Shown here piece by piece: positions 62,877-64,000 of a stretch of DNA of 64,000 nucleotides; the first letter of the stretch is position 1, and each line of letters starts with the position of its first letter. Source of the stretch: Bispira polyomma (lineage: Eukaryota). Below the pieces are notes generated by a model. It saw nothing but the letters and a program-made list of their open reading frames with translations. It ran no database searches and was not told where the DNA came from. The DNA lies in NCBI GenBank assembly GCA_965649765.1, contig OZ287750.1, positions 1,550,001 through 1,614,000 of the forward strand, given 5' to 3'. The translations under genes and the position numbers were made by a program.

Positions 62877-63245
62877 GTGTAGGTATAACACATGACCTGA
62901 GTATGACCTTGATTACTCCTCATGAAGTATAGGTATAACACATGACCTAGTTTGACCTTGATTACTCCTCATGAAGTATAGGTCTGACACATGACCTAAG
63001 TTTGACCTTGATTACTCCTCATAAGGTATAGGTATAACACATGACCTGAGTTTGACCCTGATTACTCCTCATGAGGTGTTGGTATAACACATGACCTGAG
63101 TTCGACCTTGATTACTCCTGATGAGATTTTGGTATAACACATGACCTGAGTTTGACATTGATTACTCCTCATGAAGTGTAGGTGTAATACATGACCTGAG
63201 TTTGACCTTTGTTACTCCTCATGAAGTGTAGGTATAACACATGAC
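62877..63245. repeat. 49-50-bp minisatellite, ~7.5 copies, inside a Tigger-like MITE (62775-63299)
   Basis: Unit gtataggtataacacatgacctgagtttgaccttgattactcctcatgaa. Confidence 0.93.
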
Positions 63246-63624
63246 AGTGTCACCTGAGGTTTTTTTTAGGTTTTTTTGTATTCGACTTCCAACTGTCTAC
63301 AATAGCTAAAACAAATTAAACAATCTAAAGTAAACTTACTGTTATATGCCACTCAGCAGAGTCCACTTTGGTCTTGTGTAGCTGCTTCTACACCAACACA
63401 CTGTATAACTTTGTAATATACTGTCTATCTACCAAATCACCCATGATTCACTTTTTCAAAACTCCCGGTTTTACATCTGATAAGATGGCTGTCATAAAAC
63501 ATTCTGGCAATCTGCACAGCTTTCCGACGACCTTAACCTTATACAGCCAAAGAAAGAGTTTCCTTTGTGAAGATCGAGTTCTACGTATCTCGTGGATCAT
63601 CACAAATTCAACAAAAGTAAAATC

Positions 63625-63942
63625 AATAGCAATTACAAATAGGAACATAACAAATATAAGTGGCATAGCAATTAAATAGCAATTACAAATAGGAACATAA
63701 CAAATATGAGTGGCATAGCAATTAAATAACAATTACAAATGGGAACATAACAAATATAAGTGGCATAGCAATTAAATAGCAATTACAAATAGGAACATAA
63801 CAAATATAAGTGGCATAGCAATTAAATAACAATTACAAATGGGAACATAACAAATATAAGTGGCATAGCAATTAAATAACAATTACAAATGGGAACATAA
63901 CAAATATAAGTGGCATAGCAATTAAATAGCAATTACAAATGG
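63625..63942. repeat. 50-bp minisatellite, ~6.4 copies
   Basis: Unit aattacaaataggaacataacaaatataagtggcatagcaattaaatagc starts every 50 nt from 63631. Confidence 0.95.
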
Positions 63943-64000
63943 CAAAGTGATCATTTATGTACATTTTCTGCAGTATCACCCAAATGTTTAAATGATAGTT

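Noticed and set aside
741-63732. Remaining 60-130-aa ORFs in the track
   Set aside because: Low-complexity, antisense-to-LINE or chance frames, many with non-ATG starts; no recognisable domains.
63625-63942. Third A-box array (tggcatagca)
   Set aside because: Does not fit TRGCNNARYGG and no B-box follows within the window.

Overview
AT-rich eukaryotic (animal) genomic DNA, not prokaryotic: no operons, rRNA or CRISPR. The repeat types (Helentron-associated HINE-like elements, tRNA-derived SINEs, L2 and Tx1 LINEs) suggest a mollusc, probably a bivalve (inference). One host gene is recognisable on the + strand: CAAP1 (caspase activity and apoptosis inhibitor 1), with phase-compatible exons at 11592-11707, 37385-37564 and 38634-38718. 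These flank a 25.7-kb and a 1.07-kb intron; no further exon was found in the next 25 kb. The rest is intronic: 5'-truncated L2 and Tx1/L1 LINEs, tRNA-derived SINEs, Harbinger-, EnSpm- and Tigger-like MITEs (several nested), HINE-like elements and more than 10 minisatellites. The most striking observation is two unrelated tandem arrays, back to back 3.4 kb apart (39-bp x ~35 on the minus strand; 73-bp x ~16 on the plus strand). Each repeats a Pol III A-box and ends in one complete tRNA-like A+B head. Other highlights: a 3' RNA stem-loop with compensatory changes shared by divergent L2 families, two Harbinger-like MITEs in the same ACCAGGGC target (one inside another MITE's TIR), and a TE-poor, CNE-like intronic stretch. 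All family names come from remembered motifs, not database searches.
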